This document shows positions 43,501 through 61,710 of a DNA stretch of 64,000 nucleotides, piece by piece (positions within the stretch are counted from its first letter, which is position 1; each line of letters starts with the position of its first letter). The stretch lies in assembly GCF_009914755.1 (NCBI RefSeq), contig NC_060935.1; one strand, written 5' to 3'. The notes under the pieces are model-generated. The model saw nothing but the letters and a program-made list of their open reading frames with translations, had not been told where the DNA came from and made no database searches. The translations under genes were made by a program, and so were the position numbers. This stretch comes from the human T2T-CHM13v2.0 reference genome, Homo sapiens.

Positions 43501-44719
43501 CCCCTATGTTTTGGTGTCTTTAAAATTAGATTGTCTACTGATTCCTATGCTAAGGAAAGATTTTGCAAGATGTTTCTCCTTCACACATACTACAAGGAAA
43601 GAAATCGATACACAGAGATACACTTACATCCTTTCTCCCTTAACACAGGTAACTTTGAAGGAGAAAGAAAATCCTATTTAATTAAGTCAACTTGGTTAGG
43701 TCTAAATTGGAAGGGATGCAAAGGGGTCATCTAGGTAAGTCCCCTGGCTACCAAATAAAAACATACCTTAAACATCCAAGATTAATTATTGATCCATCTT
43801 TATACCATCAGGAGAGCCACTAAAATACTGATACACAGACCTTCATATCCTTTAATGGGTCAGTATGGAAATGCCGTGGGATGTTAGCAATTTTTCCAGA
43901 ATTCTCTAGCATTTCTTCAATTAAAGAAAACATGTAGGTATGTGGAGCTTTTTACTGTTTGGGTCTCTGGGTCTGTTTTTTAAATTCAACAAAATATTTT
44001 TCAAGACATTAATTACAGATTGCTTCAATCTTTGCCCTGGTGAGAGGAAAAGATTAAAAACTGCAACAGGAGATAATTTCTAAAAGACACAAAGTTTATT
44101 CTTCAAGAAAGATTCAGAGAATGAAAGGAAATTTTTTTAAATACATCTGAAACTAAGAGGCTTTCATATGCCTGAGTTTTGATTGAAGTCTGGTTGGATG
44201 TGATTACAGGGAACTCTTGATTCCACAGATGAGTTTTAATCCTGTTGGCAGAGGGAGAAAGGGGCATATATTTGCTAGCTGATTTTGTATGTAGATCATC
44301 TTACTGCGTTTTGATTCAAAAGATACAGAATAAAATATTTCCAGCTTTGAATGAGTTGAAGTTGGAGAGAAAGAGAATATATTCTGAGTTTTGAGACCCT
44401 TTAGCTCCAGGGGATACCTAGCTCCTGGAAAACTGAAATTGTATTGCAAGGAGTAGAAATAACTCTTTACAGATTGTGCATGTGTGTTGGTTTTATTGAA
44501 TTTTTGTCTCTGTGAAGGTTGACTACAAAAGTCTCCATCAGGCCACATCCAAAGATCAGGACTATAGTTGAGGAAAATTTGACGTACAAAGTTCAGGCAA
44601 GAGGTGCTACAAGGGTAGGAGAAATTGGTATGTCCGTTCTCCACAAAACGCCAACTTGACATTTTGGGTAGTACAAGTGTGGAAAGGAAAATAAAAAATC
44701 GGTGATAAACAAAAAAGAT

Positions 44720-45136
44720 ATCAGTGACTTCTGCCATGTGACTTTGCAGTCCCTCCCACTTAATGCTGCATCGAACCTCCTCATTCCTTTTCTTTGGGAT
44801 TTGCCTGTGACTTGCTTTGGCCAATGGAATGTCAGCAGTGGTACACAAGCAGAGGCTGGAAATGTTCTTGCTGGGCTCGGCTTTCACTCTTGTACTGCTA
44901 CCATCACAAAAACAACATACCTCAAGTGGCTTACTAGACCCAGAAGGATGAGTGACACAGGAGCAGGTCTGACCTGAATCCATGTCCTGGAGCAGAGTCC
45001 AGCCAAGACTAGTGGAGATCAGCAGAATTACTCGCTGTACACAAGCATATGAGTGAGAATAAATAAGGGTGGTTTAAGCCACTAACTTTTGGACTGATTT
45101 GCTACACAGAATTTTGCGGGATAATGAACCAATAGA
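44720..45136 (+). mobile_element. MLT1G/H-like solo LTR
   Basis: CCATGTGACTTTGCAG, GTGACTTGCTTTGGCCAATGGAATGT, TTTAAGCCACTAA motifs. Confidence 0.75.
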
Positions 45137-45137
45137 G

Positions 45138-45302
45138 GCTTTTAACCTGTTTTTGTTCAAAGACTTCTTTGAGAATATGATAAAAGCTGCGGACTTTCTT
45201 CTTAGTAAAATCATATGCATAAATTTAAGATTTTGTATGCAATGTCAGAGGATTCCTTGACCCTGTACATTATCCAAGGAGACTTGGTTATTAAGAACAC
45301 TT
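45138..45302. mobile_element. hAT-Charlie MITE relic (MER112/117-like)
   Basis: CTTTGAGAATATGATAAAAGCT..TTTTGTATGCAAT..TTAAGAAC. Confidence 0.45.
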
Positions 45303-45429
45303 GCTTTTTCATATGTCTAATTAGTGTTGCCTGAGCAAACTGGTAGTTAGAATGATTTACAAAGGAGAAAAAAATGTGTCTGTTTTGTTTTGCAAATGAT
45401 ATTTAACAATTTCTTTCAGCATGTTCTCT

Positions 45430-45660
45430 TTTTCTTTCAGCACCCATATTCAATCCATGAGCAAATACTATTAGTAACACTTCCAAAGCGTATTTTTAAA
45501 CTGTCCACTTCTCTCACCCCCACCACTACCACTCTAGTCCAAACAACCATCATCTCTCACCAGGATGATTGCAGTACCTTTCTAACTGGCCTCTTTCCCT
45601 CTTCTATGGCCCCTCTGCAAAATATTCTTCATCCAACAGTCAAAGTTATTTTCAAAAATG
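45430..45660 (+). mobile_element. L2 LINE fragment
   Basis: CCACTTCTCTC..CTAGTCCAAACAACCATCATCTCTCACC..TAACTGGCCTC. Confidence 0.75.
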
Positions 45661-45842
45661 TCCTTTGGCAAAATGTTGTTATTCCAAGTTAAAGGACAGT
45701 ATGTGCCTAGGTCAATAAATCACCTTAAAACGTAGTTAAGAGATGAACTTATATTAAGCTCAGCACACACAATGGAGGAAAAGGGCATGATGCACTTGAA
45801 ATAGGCAACTCATCTCTTCATTCACATACCTAGAATAGTTTA

Positions 45843-47577
<1,735 letters not shown>

Positions 47578-47924
47578 AAAAATAAAGGAGATATTTAGTT
47601 AGTAAAGCATCTTATAGGATGATAAGAAGAATGATTAATGAATCCACTTGTGTGTATAAGCAAAAAAAAATTAACATTACAAATCAAGAGCAAATTCAGA
47701 ATAATTTTGTCAAATGGATGTGGAACCTAATATTAATTAGGCAAAACCACTGATGTGTTTCTAGTTGAGCAAACAGAAACCTACAAAGACATGACACACA
47801 TCTGGGGTTCTCACCAAATTTTCAAGGTTTGTTTACTAGGAAAAAATTAGAAAATAAGTTTTATAGCATATTTATGTATGTTTCTGATTACTGATTATTA
47901 CATGGGCATAGTACACAAAATACT

Positions 47925-48284
<360 letters not shown>

Positions 48285-48502
48285 TCATTCTCTTAGAAGA
48301 GGAGCCCTAACAAGTGTTCCCTTTCTTGTTGGCCTTTCCATCATTTGGAAATTACAGGAGCAACAAGACTATCTGGATTGAATTGTGGAAAAAGTATTGA
48401 TAATATGAAAATCACAGGAATTTGGGGACATAGTGGGTCCCCAAATATTGTATGAAAGATACGATATTATCAGATACTTAACATAGACTTTAGAATAGCA
48501 GA

Positions 48503-48838
48503 TTATATATATATATATGTGTATATATATATACATATATATGTATATATATACATATATGCATATATGTGTATATATACATATATATGTATATATACAC
48601 GTATATACGTGTATATATACATATATATGTATATATACACGTATATACGTGTATATATACATATATATGTATATATACACGTATATACGTGTATATATAC
48701 ATATATATGTATATATACACGTATATACGTGTATATATACATATATATGTATATATATGTATATATACCCATATATATGTGTATATATACATATGTATAT
48801 ATACACATATATACATATATATACATACACACACACAC

Positions 48839-48870
<32 letters not shown>
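48503..48870. repeat. Alternating purine-pyrimidine (TA/CA/TG) repeat with 40-bp higher-order unit
   Basis: GTGTATATATACATATATATGTATATATACAC+GTATATAC repeated ~4.7x from 48569 to 48757. Confidence 0.95.
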
Positions 48871-48871
<1 letters not shown>

Positions 48872-49354
48872 ATCCTAGGGTCAGAAACTCTCAAGAAAAA
48901 ATCACTCATAAAGATAAGAGAATGTGTCAAATGAACATCTGGCATACAGTTCTTATGGGTACATAGGGAACTCTGATTATCACAGATCTAGATAAACAGT
49001 ATTTCTAGTGATAACCAAAGTAAGTGTCACTCATACAAATCAGAAAATATCATGAATTTTCCTTGAGTCTTTCACTTTTCTCCTCACAGCATATTCAGTC
49101 TTTCTCATATTCTTTTAGCTTTATGCCAAACCTTTTCACATCATTAATAATGAGACCAGCCCGTCGTCTGTTACAAAGCTTTCAAATATCTGAGCTTATT
49201 TAAAATGCTCTAAGATAGTTGATACTTCTAACTTATACTTATTTTATATGTGTATTTATTTATTTATTTATTTTAAATTTACATAAAGAATGTAAGAAAG
49301 AAGTACTGATCATCTACTTGAGGAGGATAGTGTAATGATAGCAGACAATATTTT

Positions 49355-50520
49355 TAAAATTCAACAAATGCTCATTATACACCATTTTGGGTCAAGCATT
49401 TTGTCAGGCCTTGGGGATATAGCAGTTATAGAGACAATTGCAGTGTGTCACTATATAGTAAGAGAGCTATTTTGATTTTGGTGGTCAAGGCAGACCTTTC
49501 TGGAAAGTGATGTTTAAATTACTGCCTTAAAGGAAAGAGAAACAAATCCCATGATAAAAAAAAAGTATGATTGGCAAGTCTAAAGCCTATGGAAGTAGAC
49601 TTGGACATGCTTCAGAAACAGTTTAAGACCACAGAGAGTTTAAGACCATAGCTGGAACATAATGAGTAAGAAGTAGAAATTAACGAAATGAAGTCAGAGA
49701 GGTAGGCAGCGCTGGTTCCTACAGAATTGTCTATGGTAAGAAATTTGGATTTTATTTCCAGGGCAATAGGAAGTCACTAGGTGATATAGTTTGGATGTTT
49801 GTCCTCTCCAAGTCGCACACTGAAATGTGATCTCTAACGCTGGAGATGGGGCCTGGTGGGAGGTATTTGGGTCATAAGGACAGATCCCTCATGGATGGCT
49901 TGGTGCCTTTCTCAAGATAATGAGTGACTTCTCACTCTGTTAGTTCATGCAAGAGCTGGATGATTAAAGGAGGCTGTCACCTCCTCCTCACTCTCTCTTG
50001 CTCCCTCCTGCCATGTGATATACTGGCTCCCTCTTTGCTTTCCATCATGATTTTAAGCTTCCTAAGGCTTCACCAGTAGCCAAGCAGATGCGGGTGCCAT
50101 GCTTGTACAGCCTGCAGAACCATGAGCCAAATGAACTTCTTTTCTTTGTAAATTACCCAGTCTCAGGTATTCATTTATAGCAATACAAAACAGACTAGCA
50201 AAGTAGGTAGATTTTAGGTAAGGACATAAGTGACATGCGTCATTTGCATTTTGGAAAGATCACTCTGCTGCTGTGAAAAACTGAGGATAGAAAGGCAAAA
50301 ATGGTGGGGCAAGGATACCACTAAGGAGGTCACTAAAATAAATCAGAAGAAAGATGAAGATGGATTAAATTATCTTGGAAGCAATAACAATGAGGGATGT
50401 CAACAGATTTTCAGTGATTAATTCAATTTTGGGATGTGAGAGAAAGAAAAAACTTAAGAACGGTGCCAACATTTTTGGTTGAGAAACTGAGAGGATGATG
50501 GCACCAGTGACATTCAAAAT
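49355..50520 (-). mobile_element. L2 LINE fragment interrupted by an MST LTR
   Basis: ATTCAACAAATGCTCATT terminus; TTTTGGAAAGATCACTCTGCTGCTGTG. Confidence 0.75.
49782..50202 (+). mobile_element. MSTB-type solo LTR
   Basis: TGATATAGTTTGGATGTTTGTCC start; AAATTACCCAGTCTCAGGTATTC end; near-TSD CTAGG/GTAGG. Confidence 0.88.
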
Positions 50521-50859
50521 GGATCCTTTCCTTTCTCGCTTCCCTCCTTCCTTCATAGGTCTCTATGTTGGGGAGCAGTGGTAGTAATGGTAGCAAGGAT
50601 GTAGGAACTCAGAAGAAGCTATCAGAAGCCATTCACCTGGACAGGGGTGGGGTGAGGAGGCCATCCACTTGGGCAGGGGTAGAGAACAATAACAGTCTGA
50701 CCACAGTGTCAAAGACTGAGCAAGATGATGAGCCCAAGGAGACTGTAAATGGTGTCCACCTAGGAGTGAGCAAACCATCACCCAGTGTAAGGTATAGGAG
50801 CTCAAGTGACATGGGAAGGGTATCTAAAGAAAGGGACAGAAGCAGTGATGAGAGATTGA

Positions 50860-52303
50860 TGACATAGAGGGGATTGATCCAAAAAGTAAATATATTGAAG
50901 TTAATATGAGGAAGGTTTATTACTTTCAGGGAAGGGAGTTGAAAGTAAGGAAAGAAGAAAACTAGAATGAATCATGTGATGTTATATTACAATTGAAGGT
51001 ACAGTTATAAACTCATGGTTTTAATATAGATAGATATAGAAATAAACATAGATATAAATGTGTACATATAAAATGTTTGTATATGTGAACATATATACAC
51101 ACATGCATATATGAACATATATACACACATGCATATATGAACATATATACACACGCATAGATAAACATATATACACACGCATAGATGAGCATATATACAC
51201 ATATATATGAACATATACATATAAATATATGTATATATTCATAAATAATATGTATACATTATATTTTTATATGCAAATACACATACACATACACATGTAT
51301 ATGTATATACCTACATAGGATATGAAATATGTGCGTGTTTATATGCTTTAGTTCTGTTTACCAAGAAGGCTAGCAGCAGTGTTAACCCAATAGCCAGGAG
51401 CACCACTAGTGCTCACATCCTGGTTTCTAAATACCTTTCTCCACTAAATGCAAACAGAACTCCATGGAGAAATGGTTGAGCCCAAAGCTAAAGAAAGGAA
51501 AGAAAAAGATAAGCCTAGAGTGTCTTGTGTCACAAAGTAAGGAAATACTGAATAATGATGAGTATATGTCAAAAGGACACAGAAGTCAGCAAAAAGGAGC
51601 CCAAACTGGTCAGAGTTGGGATTATTAAAGTATCAGAATGAATAATAATAATAATAATCTTAGATGACAACCAAATAAATATAATGGGAGCCCATAGGTC
51701 CAACCTGATATAAATAAGTTAACCAATGGAAAGAAGAGAAATTATTTATTTACAATAGGGTACCAACTAATAAATATTGAAGGAGTAAGAATTAGAAAAT
51801 TATCATTTGGTAATCATCATAGTAATTAATAATTTAGACAAAAAAAATCAATAGATGTCATGACTTGTGGGTGAAATTTGAATGCAGATGAAATAGTTAT
51901 ATAGCCATACTCTACCTTCTAAAAATACTTTCTAATACAATGGAAAAGGAGATACTTTAGAGGAAACTGGAAAATGACACCTTAATTAAGTAAGCAAAGT
52001 TAACATCACTAGTAACTAGACAAATTAAAACTGAATGCCACCTGATATAATGGAATAAAAAGGTCACATAGATACTTATGCCAGAATTGCACAACATCAA
52101 TGTAATTACAAGAAAGCATAAGAAAACTTTAAATTGAGAAACATGGAAAGTAACTGGCTTGTAATCTATAAAAATATCAAGATTGTAAAAGCCAATGATA
52201 AACCTAAAAATTTTTTCACATTGAAAGATGTTAGTGAACTATGACAAATAAATTTAACACATGACTTTGGATTGGATCCTTTTGCTATAAAAGATAATAT
52301 TGG
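50860..52303 (+). mobile_element. Old L1MC-like 3' region (left half; resumes at ~63630)
   Basis: GGATTGGATCCTTTTGCTATAAAAGATAATATTGG continues as GGATAATTGGAAAAACTTTAATGAGGTCTG after 63630. Confidence 0.6.
51020..51310. repeat. TA/CA-rich low-complexity repeat with ~24-26-bp periodicity
   Basis: ATGAACATATATACACACATGCATAT-like units. Confidence 0.85.
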
Positions 52304-54519
52304 TAATAATTCTTCTTTAAATGTTCGGTAGAATGGACCAGTGAAGCCATCTGGTCCTAGGTTTTGTTGGGAGATATTTTTGATTGCTGAATCAATAAAC
52401 TTACTTGTAATTGGTCTGTTCAGATTTTCTATTTCTTCATGACTTACTTTTGGTAAGTTGTATGTTTTTAGGAATTTATTCATTTCTTCTAGTTTATCCA
52501 ATTTATATGCATATAATTGTTGATGATAGTCTCTTATGATTCTTTGTATAGTTAAATCAGTTGTAATGTTTCCTCTTTCACTTCTAATTTTGAATGCTCT
52601 CTTTTTTCAATCTAGCTTATCACTTTTATCTTTTCAAAAAACAAACTCATAGTTTTGTTGATTTTTATTGTTTCTCTAATATATATTTCATTTATTTTTT
52701 ATCTGATCTTTATTATTTCCTTTCTTCTGATAACTTTTGGGTTAGTTTGTTCTTATTTCTCTAGTTTCTTCAGGTATAAATTCATGTTACGTATTTGAGG
52801 ATTCTTTTCTTATTATAGGCATTTATTGCTGTAAATTTCCATCTTAGAACTGCTTTGCTGCATCCCGTAAGTTTTTGTATGTTGTATTTCCATTTTTGTT
52901 TGTCTAAAGACTTTTTTTATTTTGCTTTTGATTGTTTTCTTTGACTCAGTTGTTCAGGAGAATATTGTTTAATTTTTACATATTTATGAATTTTTTTAGT
53001 TTTCCTCTTGCTATTGATTTCTAGTTTTGTACTGCTGTTTTCAGAAAATATACTTATACCAATCTTTATTAAACTTTTTCAAAGATTGAAGATAATGAAA
53101 TACTTCCAAACTCATTTTATGAAGCTAGCATTACCCTAATACTGAAGTCAAATAAGGGCACTGCAGAAAAAGAAAATTACAGAACAATAGCCCTGATGAA
53201 CACAGATGAACATGGAATTTCCTCAGCAAAATACTATCAAACCAAATTCAAAGCACATGAAAAGAATTATATACTATAATCAAGTAGTATTTATACCTGG
53301 AATACAAGGGGAGTTCAGTAAACAAAAGTCTATAAAATACACCACATATACAGAATGAAGGGTACAAATCATATGATCATCTCAATAGATGCAGAAAAAA
53401 ATATATTTGGTAAAACTCAACATCTTTTTATGATAAAAACTCTCAGCAAATTCGGTATAGAATGAATGTACCTCAATGTAATAAAGGCCATATATGACAA
53501 GCCCACAGCCAACATCACACTCAATAGTGAAAAGCTGAAGGCATTACCTATAAGATCAGAATATAGACAAGGATGTCCACTCTTGCCACTTCTATTCAAC
53601 TTCTATTAACCCAAGCCACAGCAATTAGACAAGAGGAAGAAATACAAGGCATCCGAGTCAGAAATGATGATGCTAAATTTTTTCCACAGATGACAACCTT
53701 ATATATTGAAAACCCTAAAGATTCTACCAAAAAACTGTTAGAATTAAAAAATTCAGTAAAGTTGCAGAACACAAAATCAACATACAAAATCAGTGGCATT
53801 TCCATACACTAACAACAAATTATTCAAAAAAGAAATTAAGAAAACAATACCATTTACAATAGCATGAAAAAGAGTAAAATATTCAGGAATAAATTTAACC
53901 AAGGAGGGAAAAGATTGATATGCTGAAAAATATAAAATGTTGATGAAAGAAATGGAAGCAGACAAAAATAAATGAAATGGAATGGATGGGAAGAATATAG
54001 TTAAAATGTCCATATTACACAATGGCTAAAGATTCAATGCAGTCATTATCAAAATTCCAAAAACACTTTTTACAGATATAGAAAACACAATTCTAAAATT
54101 TACATGGAACCATAGAAGACCCCAAATGATCAGCACAATTTTGAGCAAAAAGAACAAAGATGGAAGCATCACACTTTTAAATTTCACCTTATAAAAAGCT
54201 ACTGTAATCAAAACAGCATGGTACTGAAATAAAAACAGATATATAAACCACTGGAATAGAATAGAGACCCCATAAATGAATCCACATATATATGGTCTAC
54301 TAATGTTCTATGAAGTTACCAAGAATACACAATGGAGAAAGGACAGGCTCTTTAATAAATGATGCTGGAAAAACTTGGTATCTACATGAAACAATAAAAA
54401 AATTGAGTCCTTATCTCACAGTATACATATAAATCAACTTAAAATAGATTAAAGCCTTAAACATGAGGCTTTAAACTGTAAAATATTTAGAACAAAACAT
54501 ATAGGAAAAGTCCTTGACT

Positions 54520-54966
54520 CTAGCCAAGATGGCCAAATAGGAACAGCTCCAGTCTACAGCTCCCAGCATGAGCAACACAGAAGACAAATGAGTTCTGCAT
54601 TTCCAGCTGAGGTACCGGGTTCATCTCACTGGGGAGTGTTGGAAAGTGGGTGCAGGACAGTGGGTGCAGTGCACCAAGCATGAGCCGAAGCAGGGCTAGG
54701 CATCGCCTCACCCGGGAAGCACAAGGGGTCACGGAATTCCCTTTCCTAGCCAAGGAAAGGGGTGACAGATGGCACCTGGAAAATCGGGTCACTCCCACCC
54801 TAATACTGCACTTTTCCCACAGTCTTAGCAAATAGCACACCAGGAGATTATATCCAGTGCCTGGCTTGGAGGGTCCAATGCCCACAAAGCCTCGCTCATT
54901 GCTAGCACAGCAGTTGGAGATCAAACTGCAAGGCAGCAGCGAGGCTGGGGGAGGAGTGCCTGCCAT
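54520..54966 (-). CDS. ORF0: L1 antisense ORF0 homologue, open and C-terminally extended (148 aa); translation unproven
   Basis: MAGTPPPASLLPCSLISNCCASN... matches the primate L1 ORF0 N-terminus; ATG in GCAATGG context; stop TAG at the element's 5' edge. Confidence 0.5.
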   Translation of the reverse strand: MAGTPPPASLLPCSLISNCCASNERGFVGIGPSKPGTGYNLLVCYLLRLWEKCSIRVGVTRFSRCHLSPLSLARKGNSVTPCASRVRRCLALLRLMLGALHPLSCTHFPTLPSEMNPVPQLEMQNSFVFCVAHAGSCRLELFLFGHLG

Positions 54967-55541
54967 TGCCGAGGCTTGAGTAGGTAAACAAAGCAGCAAG
55001 GAAGCTCGAACTGGGTGGAGCCCACCACAGCTCAAGGAGGCCTGCCTGACTCTGTAGACTCTACCTCTGGGGGCAGGGCATAGCCAAACAAAAGGCAGCA
55101 GAAACCTCTGCAGACTTAAATGTCCCTGTCTGACAGCTTTGAAGAGAGTAGTGGTTCTCCCAGCACGCAGCTGGAGATCTGAGAACAGACAGACTGCCTC
55201 CTCAAGTGGGTCCCTGACCCCTGAGTAGCCTAACTGGGAGGCACCCCTGAGTAGGGGCACACTGACACCTCACATGGCCGGGTACTCCTCTGAGACAAAA
55301 CTTCCAGAGGAACGATCAGGCAGCAACATTTGCTGTTCACCAATATTCGCTGTTCTGCAGCCTCCGCTGCTGATACCCAGGCAAACAGCATCTGGAGTGG
55401 ACCTCTGGCAAACTCCAACAGACCTGCAGCTGAGGATCCTGACTGTTAGAAGGAAAACTAACAAACAGAAAGGACATCCACACCAAAACCCCATCTGTAC
55501 GTCACCATCATCAAAGACCAAAGGTAGATAAAACCACAAAG
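54522..55541 (+). promoter_or_regulatory. L1 5'UTR internal sense and antisense promoter region (CpG-decayed)
   Basis: YY1-type site CAAGATGGCC at the 5' end; position upstream of ORF1 ATG; activity not shown. Confidence 0.6.
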
Positions 55542-56557
55542 ATGGGGAAAAAACAGAGCAGAAAAACTGAAAATTCTAAAAATCAGAGCACCTCTCCCCC
55601 TCCAAAGTAACACAGCTCCTCACCAGCAAAGGAACAAAGCTGGATGGAGAATGACTTTGATGAGTTGAGAGAAGAAGGCTTCAGATGATCAAACTTCTCT
55701 GAGCTAAAGGAGGAAGTTCGAACCCATGGCAAAGAAGTTAAAAACCTTGAAAAAAGATTAGACGAATGGCTAACTAGAATAACCAATGCAGAGAAGTCCT
55801 TAAAGGACTTGATGGAGCTGAAAACCATGGCACAAGAACTACGTGACGAATGCACAAGCCTCAGTAGCCGATTCGATCAACTGGAAGAAAGGGTATCAGT
55901 GATGGAAGATGAAATGAATGAAATGAAGCAAGAAGAGAAGTTTAGAGAAAAAAGAATAAAAAGAAATGAACAAAGCCTCCAAGAAATATGGACTATGTGA
56001 AAAGACCAAATCTATGTTTGATTGGTGTACCTGAAATTGATGGGGAGAATGGAACCAAGTTGGAAAACACTCTGCAGGATATTATCCAGGAGAACTTCCC
56101 CAACCTAGCAAGGCAGGCCAACATTCAAATTCAGGAAATACAGAGACTGCCACAAAGATACTACTCGAGAAGAGCAACTCCAAGACACATAATTGTCAGA
56201 TTCACCAAAGTTGAAATGAAGGAAAAAATGTTAAGGGCAGCCAGAGAGAAAGGTCAGGTTACCCACAAAGGGAAGCCCATCAGACTAACAGCTGATCTCT
56301 CAGCAGAAACTCTACAAGCCAGAAGAGAGTGGAGGCCAATATTCAACATTCTTAAAGAAAATAATTTTCAACCCAGGATTTCATATCCAGTCAAACTAAG
56401 CTTCATAAGTGAAGGAAAAATAAAATACTTTACAGACGAGCAAATGCTGAGAGATTTTGTCACCACCAGGCCTGCCCTACAAGAGCTCCTGAAGGCAGCA
56501 CTAAACATGGGAAGGAACAACTGGTACCAGCCACTGCAAAACCATGCCAAATTGTAA
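55542..56557 (+). pseudogene. ORF1: L1 ORF1p (RNA-binding protein), disrupted
   Basis: ATGGGGAAAAAACAG start; premature stops near 55608 and 55687; frameshift near 55988; C-terminal YVKRPNL..RATPRHIIVRF..ARREW..YPVKLSF. Confidence 0.92.
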
Positions 56558-56620
56558 AGACCTTCAAGGCTAGGAAGAAACTGCATCAACTAATGAGCAA
56601 AATAAGCAGCTAACATCATA

Positions 56621-60436
<3,816 letters not shown>

Positions 60437-61135
60437 ACAATGAGAACACATGGTCACAGGAAGGGGAACATCACACACCCGGGCCTGTTGTGGGGTGGGG
60501 GGAGGGGGGAGGGGGGAGGGGGGAGGGATAGCATTAGGAGATATACCTAATGTTAAATGACAAGTTAATGGGTGCAGGACAGCAACATGGTACATGTATA
60601 CATATGTAACTAACCTGCACGTTGTGCACATGTACCCTAAAACTTAAAGTATAATAAAAAAAAAAGCCCTTGACATTGGTGTTTGCAATGATTTTTTGGG
60701 GTATGATCTCAAAAGCACAGGCAAGAAAAGCAAAAATACACAAGTAGGACTACATCAAGTTGAAAACTTCTGGGCATCAAAGGAATAAATTCAACAAAAT
60801 GAAAAGGCAACCTATGAAATGTGTTAACCCCAATAGGGATTAATATTCAAAACATATAAGGAACACATACTCCATATAAATACATACATAAACTAGAAAA
60901 TGATCTAAGAAACTAAATAATCATTTCTCAAAAGAAGACATACAAATGGCCAACAGGTATAAGAATGTGCTCAACATCACTAGTCATCAGGGACATGAAA
61001 AATCAAAACCACATTATATATTACCTCACACCTGTTAGAATGGCTATTACCAAAAAGACAAAAAGATAAGAAGTGTTGGTGAGGATGGGGAGAAAATGTA
61101 ACCCTGTTGGTGAGAATGTAAACTGGCATAGCCAT

Positions 61136-61497
61136 TGATTTTGTTTGGCTGTTTCCCCACCCAAATCTCATCTTGAATTGTAACTCCTACAATTCCCATG
61201 TGTCATGAAAGGAACCCGGTGGGAGGTAATTGAATCATGGCGGCGAGTCTTTCTCATGCTGTTCTCAGAATAGTGAATACGTCTCATGAGATCCAATGGT
61301 CTTAAAAAGAGGAATTTCCCTGCACAGGCTCTCTTTTTGCCTGCTGCCATCCATGTAAGACGTGACTTGCTCCTCCTTGCCTTCTACCATGATTGTGAGG
61401 CCTACTCAGACATGTGGAACTGTTAAGTCCACTAAACCTCTTTTTCTTCCTAGTCCTGGGTATGTCTTTATCAGCAGTGTATGAAAGGACTGCTATA
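61136..61497 (+). mobile_element. THE1B-type solo LTR
   Basis: TTTGGCTGTTTCCCCACCCAAATCTCATCTTGAATTG start; TSD GCCAT at 61131-61135 and 61498-61502. Confidence 0.9.
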
Positions 61498-61710
61498 GCC
61501 ATTACGGAGAACAGCATGGAGGATACTCAAAAAATTAAAAACAGAACTACCATATGATCCAGTAATCCGACTTCTAGGTATATATTCAAAGGAAATGAAA
61601 TTAATATCTCAAAGAGATACCTATCGTCTCATGTTCACTGCTTATTCAAATAGCAAAGATATGGAAACAAACTAAGTGCCCATCTACAGATCAAGGCATA
61701 AAGAAAACAT

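Noticed and set aside
48369-48966. Six overlapping 119-167-aa ORFs
   Set aside because: Alternating purine-pyrimidine repeats cannot encode stop codons; artefactual
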